Shown: positions 38,201 to 56,719, counted from the first letter of the stretch. The stretch: 64,000 bases of DNA from the human T2T-CHM13v2.0 reference genome, Homo sapiens (GCF_009914755.1 NC_060931.1); one strand, 5' to 3'. Notes: a model not told the origin generated them from the letters alone. Made by a program: numbers and translations.

Positions 38201-40768
38201 GCCTGAAAATTAGAGAATGAATCAGATGACTTGCTGTGGTCCCCTGTCTGGCATGGGAGCTTCGTCAAATGTCACGCTGCTTAATATTTGCTTTTCAGAA
38301 CAAGAAAGTAAAACGGTGCTTATTGAAAGAAATCATTTAACAGAAGTATAAAAGATATGTTAATCTAGGATAAGCTGAAATTACTATTCAACAGTTTGGT
38401 ATTACCATAAGGATAAATGAAAACTATGGGAAAATTGTTTCAAGTGTTCTATTTTACCTTATAATAGATAACTAAAACAAGCTAATATTTAGTCATAAGC
38501 CAACATAAATATTAAAACAAGCTTGAAAGACATAATCTTTATCTTTGAATTACAGCAGCAAAGTTCACTGCTTCTTAAAAAATATTTACTTAAGAAGGGA
38601 GAAGAAAAAAAATCTATTTTAAATATCTGAAAGGAATCACTGGAAAATTTGAGGGCAGAGCTGGCTCAATGTGAAATTCCTGAAGAACTCTTTAAGGTCA
38701 TTAACTGTGGTTTATTGGGTAAGCCTTCATAGAGAGAAATAATTTCAGCACATTAATATCAGGTTTCATTATCCCCAAGCTAAGACTGAAGATGAAGAGC
38801 TAAGCAAACAACTCAGATGATACCTTTATGGTCTTTCTGAGTGATGGAAAAATTCCCACAGAGTCAGTTAAAGTCTATTCAAATTGTTGCTTGAGGAACC
38901 AAGGAAAACATTTTGACTTCCCACCACTATTCCCTAGTTGTAGAGGCATTAAATTGAAAATCTGGTCTCAGGGGTAGAAAAAGTACTTAAATATATATAT
39001 GTATATACACACGTACACATACACACACACCCACAAATACGTTATGTGTTATTTAGGAGCCCAAAAATGTATTCAGTGATCTTTGTAGCAGGTGTTATCC
39101 TTTAGCAAATCGACTGGGGTCCCACCAAAAGTTTAGATGTAAGGAGGAAGATGGGAAAGGTTTAATTTTTTACATTCCTCAAAGGGATCAGATTTAGATG
39201 AGTATCTCCTTCAAATCTATCTCCTCTTTTGTTCTTGTTTTCCTGTGATGAAAAAGAGAACTTAACAGGGTAATCAGAGGCACACACAAATCACTTATCA
39301 AGGGACTGTTGAAATTTATTGCAAGGCAGTACTGATAAATCTGGACAAAAGAATAATACTGTACTGATCTCCCACCTGAAACTGTATTCCAACATACCCC
39401 AAGCATGAAAGGCATTAAGGTGTAAGGTCTTATCCTTATACTTAATTTTGAAATATCAAAGTTTATTTTTTAAATAAGAATAAAATTATACCTTTTTAAA
39501 ATTTTTTAATGGTGAAAGAGATATACATAGCTTTAAAAATAACATAATCTAAAAGGCTTTAGAATCATTAAGATCTTAATCCTACAGACTCCAACAGAAT
39601 TTAGGGTATTTGATCTTTATGTTCTTTCTAAGTAGCATCTAATTTAGTAATGTGCTTAGAGTAGGAAGAAGTAGGCAGGAGAATCTGAAGGTAATATATG
39701 AAGCATATACTCACGCCTGAAATCCTTGCATTCTGTTTTGTCAAACTCTAAGGTTGAAGAGAAATGCCAGACCCAAGGTGCGTTCTGGTAAACCTCCAGA
39801 CTGCCCTAAGTTCAGAAATACACCACAATGGCAATAGGAGAGGAGGAGAATCATGTTTCTAGTGAGTGTGATGAGCCCTCACTTTCTTAGGCATTATTGT
39901 CATGAGATGGTCTCTCTACACTGATCTTGAAAGCCTAGAATTGGCAGCTGTGTGTGTATAATCATAATCTTCAGAAATTATTTAGAGAATTAAAATATTT
40001 AATTCGTAATGCATAGATTAGATCCACCACTAACTTTCAGTATATCAGGCAGATGCAGAATCTCAGCAAACCGTGATTAATGTCTGTCACACCAAAAAGA
40101 ATTTCACGAGCGAATGCTTGAAAGCCACTCAAAACACTGCACATCTGTTTTCTGTTAAAATCACATGCTTGCTTTTTGATTCTGCAGAAGCCATGACAGC
40201 TTTAGCTCTGCTTCCCAAGCTCATGAAAGTGCTTCTCATTGGCATGGAAGCTGCTGGCAATATTTCTGAGAAATAAGGTTCCCAGTCTTCTAGTTTCTGT
40301 GTTAGAAGAGAAATCATGAAAGGAAATGTTGTTGCCAAAATGCAATCTGACACTATTATGGTTATCATTAATATTAATATTTTCCTTTCAAAATATTGTT
40401 CTGAATTCTACATTGACTCTGTTTATTGCTCAGTTCTTTCTTCTCTGTGATTATAGCTCTTTCATCATTGCTGTTATTATTTTCTCAAATGCCTGGTAGC
40501 TCTGATTAAGCACTAACGGCCTCCAGGAGCTCTGTGTACATTGGTGGGGCTTATCTCCAGGCAGATGGGGCTTATTTCCAGGTGGTCTGTCTACGTTGGC
40601 ATTGAGGCAGTCAGGTGGTTTTTATGCTGGGAACTACTAAATGCCAGTATCTTCTTCTAAGTTCATTTTCTCTGTAGCTGGGTCTTCCAGACTTCTCATT
40701 GAGCTGGATAGCCTGAATGACAGTATTAAGAATGGTGGGATCAGTACTTCAGCATTGAATATCTAGAT

Positions 40769-40983
40769 CAAGGTTGTCCAACCTGCAGCCCATGAGCTGC
40801 ATGTGGCCCAAGAAAGCTTTGAATGTGGCCCAACACAAATTCATACACTTTCTTAAAACATGAGATTTTTTGCCACTATTTTTTTTAGCTCATCAGCTAT
40901 TATTAATGTATTTTATGTGTGGCCCATGACAATTCTTCTTCTTCCATTGTGGCCCAGGGAAGTCAAAAGATTACACATCCCCG
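40769..40983 (-). mobile_element. MER30 (hAT-Charlie)
   Basis: Consensus-like throughout; perfect 8-bp palindromic TSD atctagat at 40761-40768 and 40984-40991. Confidence 0.92.
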
Positions 40984-41061
40984 ATCTAGATGTTCATATA
41001 ATTCCATTTTCAGTACCATGCCTCATTTCTGCCTTTTCTGCTTGAGTTTGGAGACTGTCTG

Positions 41062-41384
41062 CAGAGCTGGCTTCGTGGGTGTACCACCTAGGCAGTTGCA
41101 CAAAGATGGGGCCTTCTAAGGATAAGGCCCCATACTTTATTTCTGTACTGTAGCCATGTTGAAATTCTTAACGGATAGCCCGAAAGCTCGCAGTGGACCT
41201 AATCTATGTTCCATAGTCCTTCCACATTTTTAAGAATGAATTTATTTGAATTAAACACGTTCCTATTTGAAATGTCTAGTGAGTTTTCTATTTTCCTGAC
41301 AGAACTCAAAATATGCAGCCTTTTGAACAAGAGGACTCACATCTTTATTTTGCACTGGGCCCCACAAATCATGTAGCTGTCCTT
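41062..41384 (+). mobile_element. MER45A-like (hAT-Tip100), interrupted at ~41172-41318 by an ERVL LTR 3'-end fragment
   Basis: cagagctggcttcgtggg...ttgaaattcttaa, then ttttgaacaag...ttttgcactgggccccacaaatcatgtagc. Confidence 0.7.
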
Positions 41385-42003
41385 TGCTCCGTTTCAGGCT
41401 GACTCCTGACTTCTGCAGGAACTGGAAATAGGTAGTTGCCATACTGTTCTAGAGATGGGAAATAGGATGGAGGAATGAAGAGCAGGATCCTAACTGTTCC
41501 ATACATAGGCTTTCAAACAAGCAAACAAGTGGACTCCTCCTCCCCAGTATCTAACACCTCAAATTCTGGAGACTTTCTAAGAATTCCTGGGGAGTCCCCC
41601 ACTATAAACACCGAGTCTGACCTTTTTTTGGTCACTAAGTCATTCATTGACTCCACTGGTTCTTACATCCTATGGTTAGGGCTACTGATATCTCCTAGTT
41701 CATTCAAGATTATGAACTAGGATGATGTATTTTTGTTTCTTTTTTGTCTTCTTTATTGTTTGGGGGGGTAATATTAGAAAGTAGAAGGGAGCAGAAAATT
41801 ATTTGTGCTACCACCTTCAAACCAGAAACCCACATAATATTTTTAGAATGTTATCTAGAAACAGAAAATTTAAAAGTTTCTGTAAGCTGATCCTTACATT
41901 GAAATACATGGTTTTAAAATATGCAGCCAAAAGGTGAAGCCAACTTTTTTTCTTTGCATTTTAACTATGTCACTGGTTTGATATCTTCTAAATGTTACTT
42001 TCT

Positions 42004-42837
<834 letters not shown>

Positions 42838-45174
42838 AATATTCTTATTTATTAAAGTCAAATAGATGACACCTTGTTGCAGAAAAGAAATATTTCTCTC
42901 ACTAATCCAAGTGCCATTTGCTAGACTTTGTTCTTTCCAAACTAAAGACACTAGCCATTAGTGGCATGTAGTTTTTATTTTGTCACATACAGCTCATTCA
43001 TTAAGAATGGGATTTAAAGTATTTATGATACACAAAACAAATAATTTAATAAAATAAAAATATAAAATTATGATCATGAAAACAATGTGGAAAACTTGGT
43101 AACTGTGAAAACTTAACGATTTCAACGACTGACCATTACATTAAGATCTTCATTTCCTGAGAGTCATAACAAAAGGAGAAACATTAAGCTATATAGTTAT
43201 TATTAATCTTGAATCTCTATAACAGCAGATGATTTGTTCTTTAGTATATGCATCCATTTCTTCCCTAGTATGCTTAGTAGAAACCCTCAAATGCCCAAAT
43301 GGAAAGGACTACCTAGTTCGCTCTATATAAAGTCATGGAGGGGTCTATTCCTCACAGGCTCTCTGCTTTTTCACACTGTCTGAGCCAGAAGCCAGCAGCT
43401 TGATGTAGGCAGTTGGTGTTCATCATGCCTTGGTCTAAAGATTGAGAGTTTTTTCTCTTCCTTTCCATATAAGCATGTATTTAACGAATTTGGACTTCTA
43501 ATATACCAATAATATTTGGGTTAGTGACACACTTTCATCAATACTCCATGTATTTTCATCTATTTTATTATTTAATTAGTTATTTGTAACATGTAACAAG
43601 TATTCTTGAAACCATTATCCAAGTGAGGGCTAGAACTTTAACAATAATCTTCATCTTGCCACTGAAACCAGAGTGACCTCTCCAACTCACCCTTTATACT
43701 CCTCTGCAAACTGAATCATATATTTACTATTCCTTTGATTTTAACTTATTGAACTATTTCTCTTTAATATTATATTGCTAAGATTCAATCATGTTATCAT
43801 ATAGAACAGTAGTTTATTTTTACCAGTATATAATATTCCATTATGCAAATCTGTCTTCCCTTCTTTGTTCATTCATCTAATCAATATCTATTGAGCGTAT
43901 ATACTCTTTAAAGCATTATCAATGGAATAGGAAACAAACAATTATTTTCTAGCATCTCAAATCCCAGTCAGGTGACCAATGCTTTCATGCCTCCCAGTTT
44001 CTTGCCCTTTATATGGACAGAAACTTGTCTAGTAAACACTAAACTATTAGTATGTTCATGTACAATAGCCTAAAGCAGTTTAATATCAATAGTGGACTTT
44101 AGGTTATGGCCCCAGTGTAAAGATGGTGCTTCAGATCAGGGGAGATGTTTTTATTACCACTCAGATCTTACATCGTAGAACATCTATGCCATGTCCCTTT
44201 AACTAGCCCAGACCAGAGTAAAATCTTCCTCCTTATGAATGAACACAGAACTGTAGCTAAATTGTGATTGTGCTTATAAGATATAAGAAAGCACACAGGC
44301 CTTAAATAAATCCTCAATGCCGAAAAAGGACTTTGAATCTAGCACCCATCTTATAGGGTAGAATACAAAATTTCTGATAATATGGGTACATTTCAGAATT
44401 CATATAAAGTGAGAATGAGGGGATAACAGTATGTTCCTTTGAAACTGAATGCATCTTTCTTTTTCTCAAACTATGTAAGCAATCTTTTCATCCTCCCTCC
44501 TTTCAGACCACTCTACTGAAGAATTGTACTTTGCCTAAAAGGTAGCTCCCGAATATTTCATCAAAATTGTCCTTGCTTTTCTCCTCCTTCACTAGAGTTG
44601 TCTTTACTTCTGACTTTATCTGCTTGTATTATTTATGTTTTCAGTAATTCCCTGGTTCTCCTACACAACTCATCACCTGGTGTCTTCCCTCCCACCCTCG
44701 CCTCCATTAAACTGGCCTCCATACAGCAACACCTACTTCATTCTGAAAGTGTCTGTGGTAACACTCCAGCCCTGCCCTTGAGATTGCAGAAAGTGTTGGC
44801 TATGATGCATATGTATTTAAAACCTACCTAAATACATTTTAGCTTTCCAGGGTAGCAGTGATGTCAGGTGAACTACGTTACATATCTTTCATTCTTCACT
44901 ACCATTGCTGAGCTCCTTTTCTTACTGTTATTTCCTGGCTCTTTCTTAAATCTTGCTTCTGATGCTTTTATGCAGGTCCTTTCAATTTTCTCCATCATCC
45001 CACTTTTATGCTCTCTTACCTTTTCTAGTTCTGCTTTCTCTTTCCCTGAAAACCTATTTCTTCAGGCTGTTTTCTTTTTACACCATCAGTAGGAGTGGTT
45101 TTTTTTTTTTCATTTTACCTTGTTATGTAAACACTACTTTATTAACAAAGTTTTCTTTAAAAAGTCAACACACT

Positions 45175-45554
<380 letters not shown>

Positions 45555-46259
45555 TCAAAGGTATAGATTGAATTTCTATTATCTGTGTTGGAGATAATAA
45601 AGAAATGATTCAAGTCACTATGATCCTTATATGAAAGTATTGCATATGTCTTTTTAAGATAAGGAATTTCATTTAAAATTACAGTAACATATTTTCTAAT
45701 GAAAAAATGTAATGTAAGAATATATCTTTATAATTGAATCTTTATTGTAGGTAACTACAAATAAAATTAAAATTTTTAGAGTTATTTTTTATATCAGTAC
45801 ATGTTCATTTAAATATACTCTAACTCTAAGAAAAGGTACTCAATCCAAGTACCCTCAGAGCATGAGGAAGATAAAACTGATATAAGAATACAGCAAAGTA
45901 TATATATATATATGAATTAACATATTCTTCCATAATACTGTAGACATTTTGGGTGATTGAAGGCTGCAAGCCTAAAACAGAACAGTTATGTATCCATATT
46001 TTGATTTTTGACAAAATCCTTTTGGTTATTTGTATGTGACCATGTGTATTCATTATTTTCTTTGTATAATTTTCCAACGCTCTTTAAAGTCAAGATTATC
46101 TTCTTATCCCTTGATAAATTAATGTTCAAATATATTTCATGAAGTGGTTTTACTACTTTAAGATTATCTCAATCAGGTCCAATTTTGTTCATCCTATAGA
46201 TTGTGATTTTTTGTGTGTATCTAAGAATCCTTTGATGTCAAGCCTAAGAGTGTAGCTAG

Positions 46260-47095
46260 CACATCATTTCAAGAATTAGCAATGTATGAGTGACTCAGTT
46301 TTTCTTTATCTTTGCCAACATTTAATGGTGTCTTTTATTTTTTTTTTAATGTTAACCATTCTAATAAGCGTATAGTGATAATCTCATTTCAGTTTTAATT
46401 TGCATTTCTTTAAAGGCTAATCATGTTGGACACCTTTTTATGTACTTGTTTGTCATATGTAGAACTTTTTAATAAAATAAATGTTCAGGACTTTTGCCCA
46501 TTTTCTAATTGGATTTTTTTTTATTTACTTTGGAGTTTTGAGATTTCTCTATAAATTCAAAACATGTATTAAAAATAATAGTATCATTTTCCTAAAAATT
46601 TTAGTTGTATATTTGTTATATAAAATATAACAAATATTTTATATTGTTTATAACCTGTTTTCAATTACCCCTTGTATAAGGTGTAGTGCTCACGCTGAGA
46701 TTCATCTCCTTTTTTTCCTTTGATTTTTGTCTATGGATGTCTAATTGCTCCAGTTCCATTTGTTGTAAAAGCTATCCTCCCTCCACTGAATTGGATTTGC
46801 ACCACTTCAAAAATTTCAAGGCGTATTTGTGTGGGTTTATTTCTGTGTTCTCAATTCTGTTCCATTTATCTTCATATCTGTCACTTAGCTAATGCCATAT
46901 TGTTTTAATCAATCCAACTATATAGTAAGCCCTAACATTGGGTAAGGTGATTCCTCTCACTTAATTCTTCTTCACCAGAATTGTCTTAGCTGTTCTAGGT
47001 CCTTTGTTTTTCTATTTTAACTTTAGAATAAGTTGTTTCTGTTTGAAGAAAAACCTTGCTAATATTTTCATAAGAGTTGAATTAAGTTTATAAGT
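46260..47095 (-). mobile_element. Old L1M ORF2 fragments (antisense)
   Basis: gttttaatttgcatttc; ctatggatgtctaattgctccag; tatttgtgtgggtttatttctg. Confidence 0.75.
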
Positions 47096-47099
47096 ATTT

Positions 47100-48318
47100 G
47101 TGAGAGATCCTGTGGAGTGAATGAAAATACAAGTTATAGACTGGAAGAAAATATGTGCAAACTACATATCCAACAAGTGACTCATATTTAGAATATATAG
47201 AGAACTCTCAAAACTCCAAAGTAAAAAAAAAAAAAAATCAACTAGAAACTGGGCGAAAGTCCTGAAAAGACATTTTATTTAAAAGGGTCTACATACGACA
47301 AACAAGTACATGAAAAGATGTCCAACATGACTAGCCTTTAGGGAAATGCAAATTAAAGCCAAAATGAGGTATCACTGTATGCTGATTAGAATAGCTAAAA
47401 TTAAAACACAAAATGACACCATTAAATGTTGGCAAAGATGTAGAAAAACTGAGTCACTCATATGTTGCTAATAAGACTGTGAATTGGTATGGCCACTATG
47501 AAAAAGAGTATGGGAGTTTTTTTTTTTACAAACTAAATATGCACTTACCATTATGACCCAGCAATTGCACTTTGCGTATTTATCTCAGAGAAATGAAAAT
47601 GTATGCTCACAGAAATACTTGTAAACTAACGTTCCCAGCAGCTTTATCATCGCAAAAAATAAACCACCCAAGTCTCCTTCAACAGGTGAATGAACAAGGT
47701 GAGGTACACTAATATCAAGGAATATTACTCAGCAATAAAATGGAATAAACTGTTGATATGCACAACAATTTGCATGTATCTCAAGGAAATTATACTCAGT
47801 GAAAAAGCCAATTTTAAAAGGTTATAATATTATATGATTCCTTATAATTCCATATTAATATAACATATATTCCAACATTATATGATTCCATATGATTTAT
47901 GAGACTTTTTTTTGAAATGTACAGAACGTATAGAGAAGGGCAGATTGGTCATTGCCAGGGATTAGAGAGGGGGGAAAGAGGGAGGTAGCTGTGGCCATAA
48001 AAGAATAACATGAGGGATCCTTGTGATAGAACTGTTCTGTATCTTGGCTGTAGTGATTTTAATTACATAAATCTATACATGTAATAAAATTGCATAAAAC
48101 TAAATACACAAAATACACACACAAATGAGTGCATATAAAAGTTGTGAAATATGAGTAAGGTTGGTAGACTGCATCAATGTTAATTTCCTGGTTGTAATGC
48201 TGTACTATAGTTATGCAAGATGATACTATTGGGGTAAACTGAGTGAAGAGTACAGGGAATCACTATTCTTTCTTACAACTGCATGTGAAGCTACAATTAT
48301 CTCAAAATTAAATGTTGA
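47100..48318 (+). mobile_element. L1MC1/2 3' portion
   Basis: gagggatccttgtgat...atcaatgttaatttcctggttg...cttacaactgcatgtgaa...tctcaaaat. Confidence 0.85.
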
Positions 48319-48409
48319 TGAATTATAGTAGAGAGGGAAGATAGAAAAGTACTTATTTTTTAATAGACTAGAATTTATTTTATATTTAGTATAATACAAA
48401 AACTTATAG

Positions 48410-49885
48410 CTAAACTTGTCTCATTCCAACATTCACTCATGACAAAAACTCTTGGCAAAGAAGTAATGGAAGGAAACTTTCTTAATTGTAGATTTTCACC
48501 AAAAATGTTCATAAATTTATTTTCTGATAAATAAGTACCATTATGTTTTAGTTGAGAAACAAGACGAGGATATCAGCTGTTTTAAGGACTACTCAACACT
48601 GTACTCAACGATTTTGTATTGGCTAGACTCTAGAAAACAAAATTAAAAGCGAAAGAACAATAAAGAAATAGAAGCTTTTTCTCATTTCCAGATTATGAGG
48701 TTACTTATGTTGAAAACCCAAGTGAACTAAAGGTAAAATATGTAATCATTGATTTTAAAATTCAGCAATATCATTGCGTACAAAATCAACTGCAAAACAT
48801 AAAACATTCTTATATCCAAGTAATTAACAAAGAAAATAGAGTAGAAAATGATACTGTTCTCTGTATCAACAAAAACACAAAGGTACCTAGAAATATATCT
48901 ATAAAGAAACACACAGGCCATTTCATGGAAACATTATAAAGATTTTTGAAGGACAGAAAAGAAACTTTGAAGAAACATATATAAGATGATATGTATTTCT
49001 CAAATTAATGTATAAATGAAGTGTTATTTTGATAAAAATCTTAACAATTATTTATGGAATTTAGAAGTGGATTTTTAAATTAGTACAACAGCATAAAACA
49101 CAGAGGATTGTCAAAATAATCCTGAAGTTGAGGAGCAATCTGGGGCAATTGTCCAACCAGATATCAAGGCCTACTTACTATAAACTGTGTTAATTAAGAG
49201 AGTATGGTACTGGCGTAGGCAGGAACAAGCACACTTCTAGAACACATGGGGAAGCCCAGAAATAGACCCATGCATCAATAAAAACTCAACTTGTGAAGAA
49301 GTGGCAAAAGTTGATATGTGGCACAGGTGGCATTACAAGATATGTGGAAAAGATAAACTAGTTTCAATACATTGCACTGGGACAGTTGGTTAGCCATATG
49401 AAAATAAATAGAACTATATTCCAACCTCACACTACAGGCAAAAATAACTTTCAGTGAATTACAAACTTAAATATGAGAAGCAAAACTTTACAACTTTCAG
49501 AAGAAATACAAGAGCGTATTTTTATACTTTTTGGATAGGAAAAGCTTCTTAAACAAGATACAAAGGTTATAAATTCTACAGGAGAAAAACGTAAGTAAAT
49601 CTAACTGCCTTAAAACTTAAAACATATTCTACAAAAAACATTGCCAATAAAAATTTAAAAGACAAAGCCTTGGCCTGGGAGAAGATATTTGTCAGCTTTT
49701 AACTGTCAAAGGATTAGCATTCAGAATGTTTGAAGGACTCCTAAAACCAATAAGAGAAAAACAAATAATCACTAATTAAAATTTGAAAATTTGAAAATGC
49801 ATGTAAGAAGAGTCCATTTACACAAGAGAGAATACAAAAGGAAAAAACGTAAAACCTCATGAAAAATCAGAGATGTGCAATTTTA
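48410..49885 (+). mobile_element. L1ME-type ORF2 fragment
   Basis: tacaaaatcaac...gtatggtactggc...cccagaaatagacccatgc...ctgggagaagatatttg. Confidence 0.75.
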
Positions 49886-49886
49886 T

Positions 49887-49925
<39 letters not shown>
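49887..49925. repeat. (CA)n microsatellite
   Basis: Direct reading. Confidence 0.9.
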
Positions 49926-49950
49926 TATAACTGTGTGGATATAGTCAAAA

Positions 49951-51020
<1,070 letters not shown>

Positions 51021-51451
51021 GACTTTAGCACTATCTGTAACATTTTAATCTGTGCAAAATTTCTAAATAACAAATCAAAATACTAAGATTTGTTAAAGCA
51101 TCTAAAGGCACAATGAAGTGGATATGACAAACCATCAAAAGAAGAGATCAGCTAGGGAGGTAGAATCCAAATATAAGCATCTTAGCATGAAACCTGGAAA
51201 ATATGAAATGGAAAGTACGCCAGAAAAGATCCCCTGAGGCACGTAAAAAGTACTACAGGATCTTTATGTAAGTTACATATGACATCTGTTAAGTGATGGT
51301 TCCCTTTGCCCTCACACTGACAGAGATAAGCCGCCAGAACACCTTGCATGAAACCATACATTGTCATTTTCTCAGGCATAGCAGCTGAGAATGCCTGGGA
51401 AACTGCTAGATTCGGATTGATGATTGCTGCCTGCAAGCAACCCTTTGCTTA

Positions 51452-52128
51452 ATTGGGGGCAGAAACAGTGTGATACCTTTTCTCCTTATCATACGGGTCA
51501 CCAACCCTCCTATAACAAAAGACAGATTAACAGGAGAAAAACATAATGAATTTATTTAATCATAATTTTATGGGACATGAGATACCTGCAGAATGAAGAC
51601 CCAAAGATAGAGGGAAAACAACCCACATTTATCCTTAGGTTTGATGAAGAATGGACAGTAATGTAGATAAATGTGACTGGACCAAAGGTATAATCAAATG
51701 AGAATAGACTGAGTGGGAAAATCCATCAAGGCCTGTCTTCAGATTCTTCCTGGCCTCTCTGTGCAGCATTTCTTCCTCCTGGGTATGGGGTACAACCCTT
51801 TCTGGAGTGGGGGACCTTTTGGCCTACTGTCATGCAAGATACATCAGATAATTTCTTTATAACCAGCCCTTGCACAGACAAGTGAAGGAAGGTTAGAGTA
51901 ATATGTTAGGTTTTATGGCTGGCTTTGGGGGACAGATGTTCTAGTTTCCATGACCCTCCTTAGGGACAGGAATTCTGATTTCTATGGCCCAACTTAAGGA
52001 AGAGAGATTCTAGTTTCTATGGCTAGCCTTAAAGGAGAATGAGGGGTAAGAGACATGAGAGCAGGAGAAGATCAGAGACAAACTTTGCTTCTGAGGCCTC
52101 CATATGGGGTGTCATTCTCTGATCCCCA
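51452..52128 (-). mobile_element. MER39 (ERV1) solo LTR
   Basis: cctataacaaaagacagattaac...gaagacccaaaga...aggcctgtcttcagattcttc...repeated ttctagtttctatggc...ttctgaggcc. Confidence 0.85.
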
Positions 52129-52748
52129 GGACTTATATGAAAAATGTAATAGCCTGTCCCATGTGGCAGCTAGGAAACTGGGAATAACAAAACATCAATT
52201 ACCCCATGACAAAAACCTTGACAAGTAGGGAGGCCAATTTACCCTATAGTCACTAGAGTTGTCCTGTTCTGTCTCAGATCATTTGAATTCAGACAGAAAG
52301 ACAGGAAATTTTAGAAAACCTATACAAAATTCACCAAGCTCATTACGATACTCCCCTTGCAAAGCGCCTGCATGAACTACTCTGGCTCTATGGGTATCAG
52401 CTTGAAGGCCTGAGTTATTTGCATAGTGTGGCAAGGTCTGAGAAATATTAGATTCAAACTACCTCTTGCCTCCCTCTTCTCCAAGTAATATCTTCCTGCA
52501 GTGCACTTGGTGAAAGCCTTTCCTGGAGAGATTAATGAGGTTAGGAGATGAGTTAAGTCATTTATTTTTCCATTTCATCATGAAAGGGTTCAAAGTTACC
52601 ACTTTCAATAAGCAGCCAATTGATCACATGACCACTAAGCATTTCTGAGTCTCTCTCAGTATATCTGAATTTATTCGTAAGTACAGAAAACATTATAAAA
52701 AGCCTTGGATGAGGCTACATGAAATTCAATAGGCCTGATGCCTTTCTT

Positions 52749-54647
<1,899 letters not shown>

Positions 54648-56719
54648 TAATACTCTATAGGAAATACTGACATTCATGAAGCAGAAGTCCATTTTGCCTC
54701 CTCAAAGGGGCTGGCTTCAAGACTTCAGTCATGTACAGAGAATGGAAATACCAAGAAAATGTTAAGCAGAGATTACTTTTGCTCTCACAATGCCTTCAAT
54801 TCTATATCTAAACATTTCTAATTTTGTCTCAATAGGTATAATTTAAATTGGTTTTTCAGAAAATATTTTAAGGAAATTTACAGACACTTTGTCATTTTCA
54901 GTACATTTTCTACTCTTCTCAATATTTAACTTAGCCATTAAATGTTGCTGATGCAAAGGTCAAATAGTCTTGAGGACCCAGCCTGCTTTCCCAATGAAAA
55001 TTTCTTTTACATTTTTTTCTCCCTTACATAATCTCTACTTCACAATCAGGCTGTGAAATTCCCACTTCTTTTTTCAATGTCTTTTCAATCTTCCCCAAAA
55101 GAAAGCATGTTTTACTGACAGAAGCCTCTTTAAGATTGTTGGTTGCATACCTGGAAGTCTCTTGTCCTTTGGTTTCATAGGAATAGGAAAAACCAGTTAC
55201 AAGGATGATCATTTTCCTCATACAAATGGGAAAATTCACATTTAGAATTAGAAAATCTTTAATCAGTATAAATTCTCAGTCATCACCCATTTCCATTAAC
55301 CATGGGCCAGAGAGAAGGTTGTATTATCTAATAAGTCATTTGTTTCTATAACAGTTTTGACCTGTCCTATGACTATAGTTTCCCTAGAGGTTGTCTGAAT
55401 TGATACAGTTCAATTTTAGGTCTTGAGTTGGTCTCTCATACTTTGTCATCTGTGTGTGCACAGCTACGGCAGATGCCGAGCTCTACCTGGGAGGTAGCAA
55501 AGCCAAAATTCCCCGATGATTAAATAAGATACTGTTAACATCCCTAATTCTTAAATAATATGCCAATATCTCTTCCTTGTCTAAGCCATAAACTCAGGAA
55601 TGAACGTCCCCCTTATTTCTCCAAAACCACCCAGGAATACACAAAATAAAAGCTTTTTGCCTGTGAGATAATCAGTCTGGGGTGGGTATAGAATCTAGTA
55701 TTGAGCATTTTAAGAATACCAGCACTAGAGAGAGTGAATAGTAAACTATTAATAGTCTTTTTAAAAAAATCTTGAAGCAGCAGATGATGGTTATAAAAAT
55801 AATTTGAGAAAATCTTAGTTTATGCTCAGTAAAAAAATCTGGTCTTTCCTCAACGGAATATTAGGAACTTACTTTGGAGTTCCAAAATTTTAGATTTTGC
55901 TTTATATTGATTAATTACTATAAACTGGTTATTGGTTTATGTCTATACTTTATTAATATAGCCAATTCTCTGCCTTACACGTGAGAAACTAAACTGGATT
56001 GCTGCTGTTGCCTTAAGAGGAAGTTCAGTAGACATCATTGGGTATGGAAAAATGTCTGTCTTTCTTGTGTGCAATCTGAAGGAAATGGGAATTTTCTCTT
56101 ATTCCCAGCAAAGGAATTTCTAGTTTTATGCTCTGTGGCACATTGTAGGTGTAAAATTTGAAATATTTAACATGGATTTACATTATTTTGTTGTAAGGTC
56201 TTTGGTCTTTAAATTGCCCCATAACACATATTGTAATCTCTGTCTGTGAGAATAGACAGGTAAGTATCTTACTTCATAGCAAAAGAACAAACATTTGGAA
56301 TATATGCTAATGCACATGCACACACAGTGTTTACAAAGTCACCACTAGAGAACAGCCCCATACATACACACATAATCACTAACACTTTCAATTAAGTTGA
56401 TGTTACCTTTTTAAGTCAAAGATATATGGGCATGCCATGATAAAAGAATGATAGTAAAAATTTGGAACACCCAAGTCTCAAATTTGGGTTTCAATTCCTT
56501 GATATCCTGTAAATTCTCTTTTTATCTGCTAAATTCAAGAATTGTAAAGTGAGCCAACAACAAATTTCTCATCCAGACCTGCCCTCCCATATTACCAATT
56601 CTGTTCCTAAAAGACATGAGAGTAAGGCTCTGTTTCTTAAAAATTGGTATTTAAAAGCCAGACATTTCTTGAGAGTCTCTTACATCTGACTTCCTATGAA
56701 CAAAATCCTACCAACGTCC

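Noticed and set aside
46680-48318. Third twin-primed L1 (antisense L1M piece abutting sense L1MC)
   Set aside because: The orientation switch near 47100 is suggestive, but I found no TSD and cannot confirm both pieces are the same subfamily.
55028-55150. Possible 123-nt open minus-strand coding exon (YATNNLKEASV...CEVEI) with a GTAAG donor
   Set aside because: The acceptor lacks a polypyrimidine tract, the peptide is not recognisable, and no partner exons were found.
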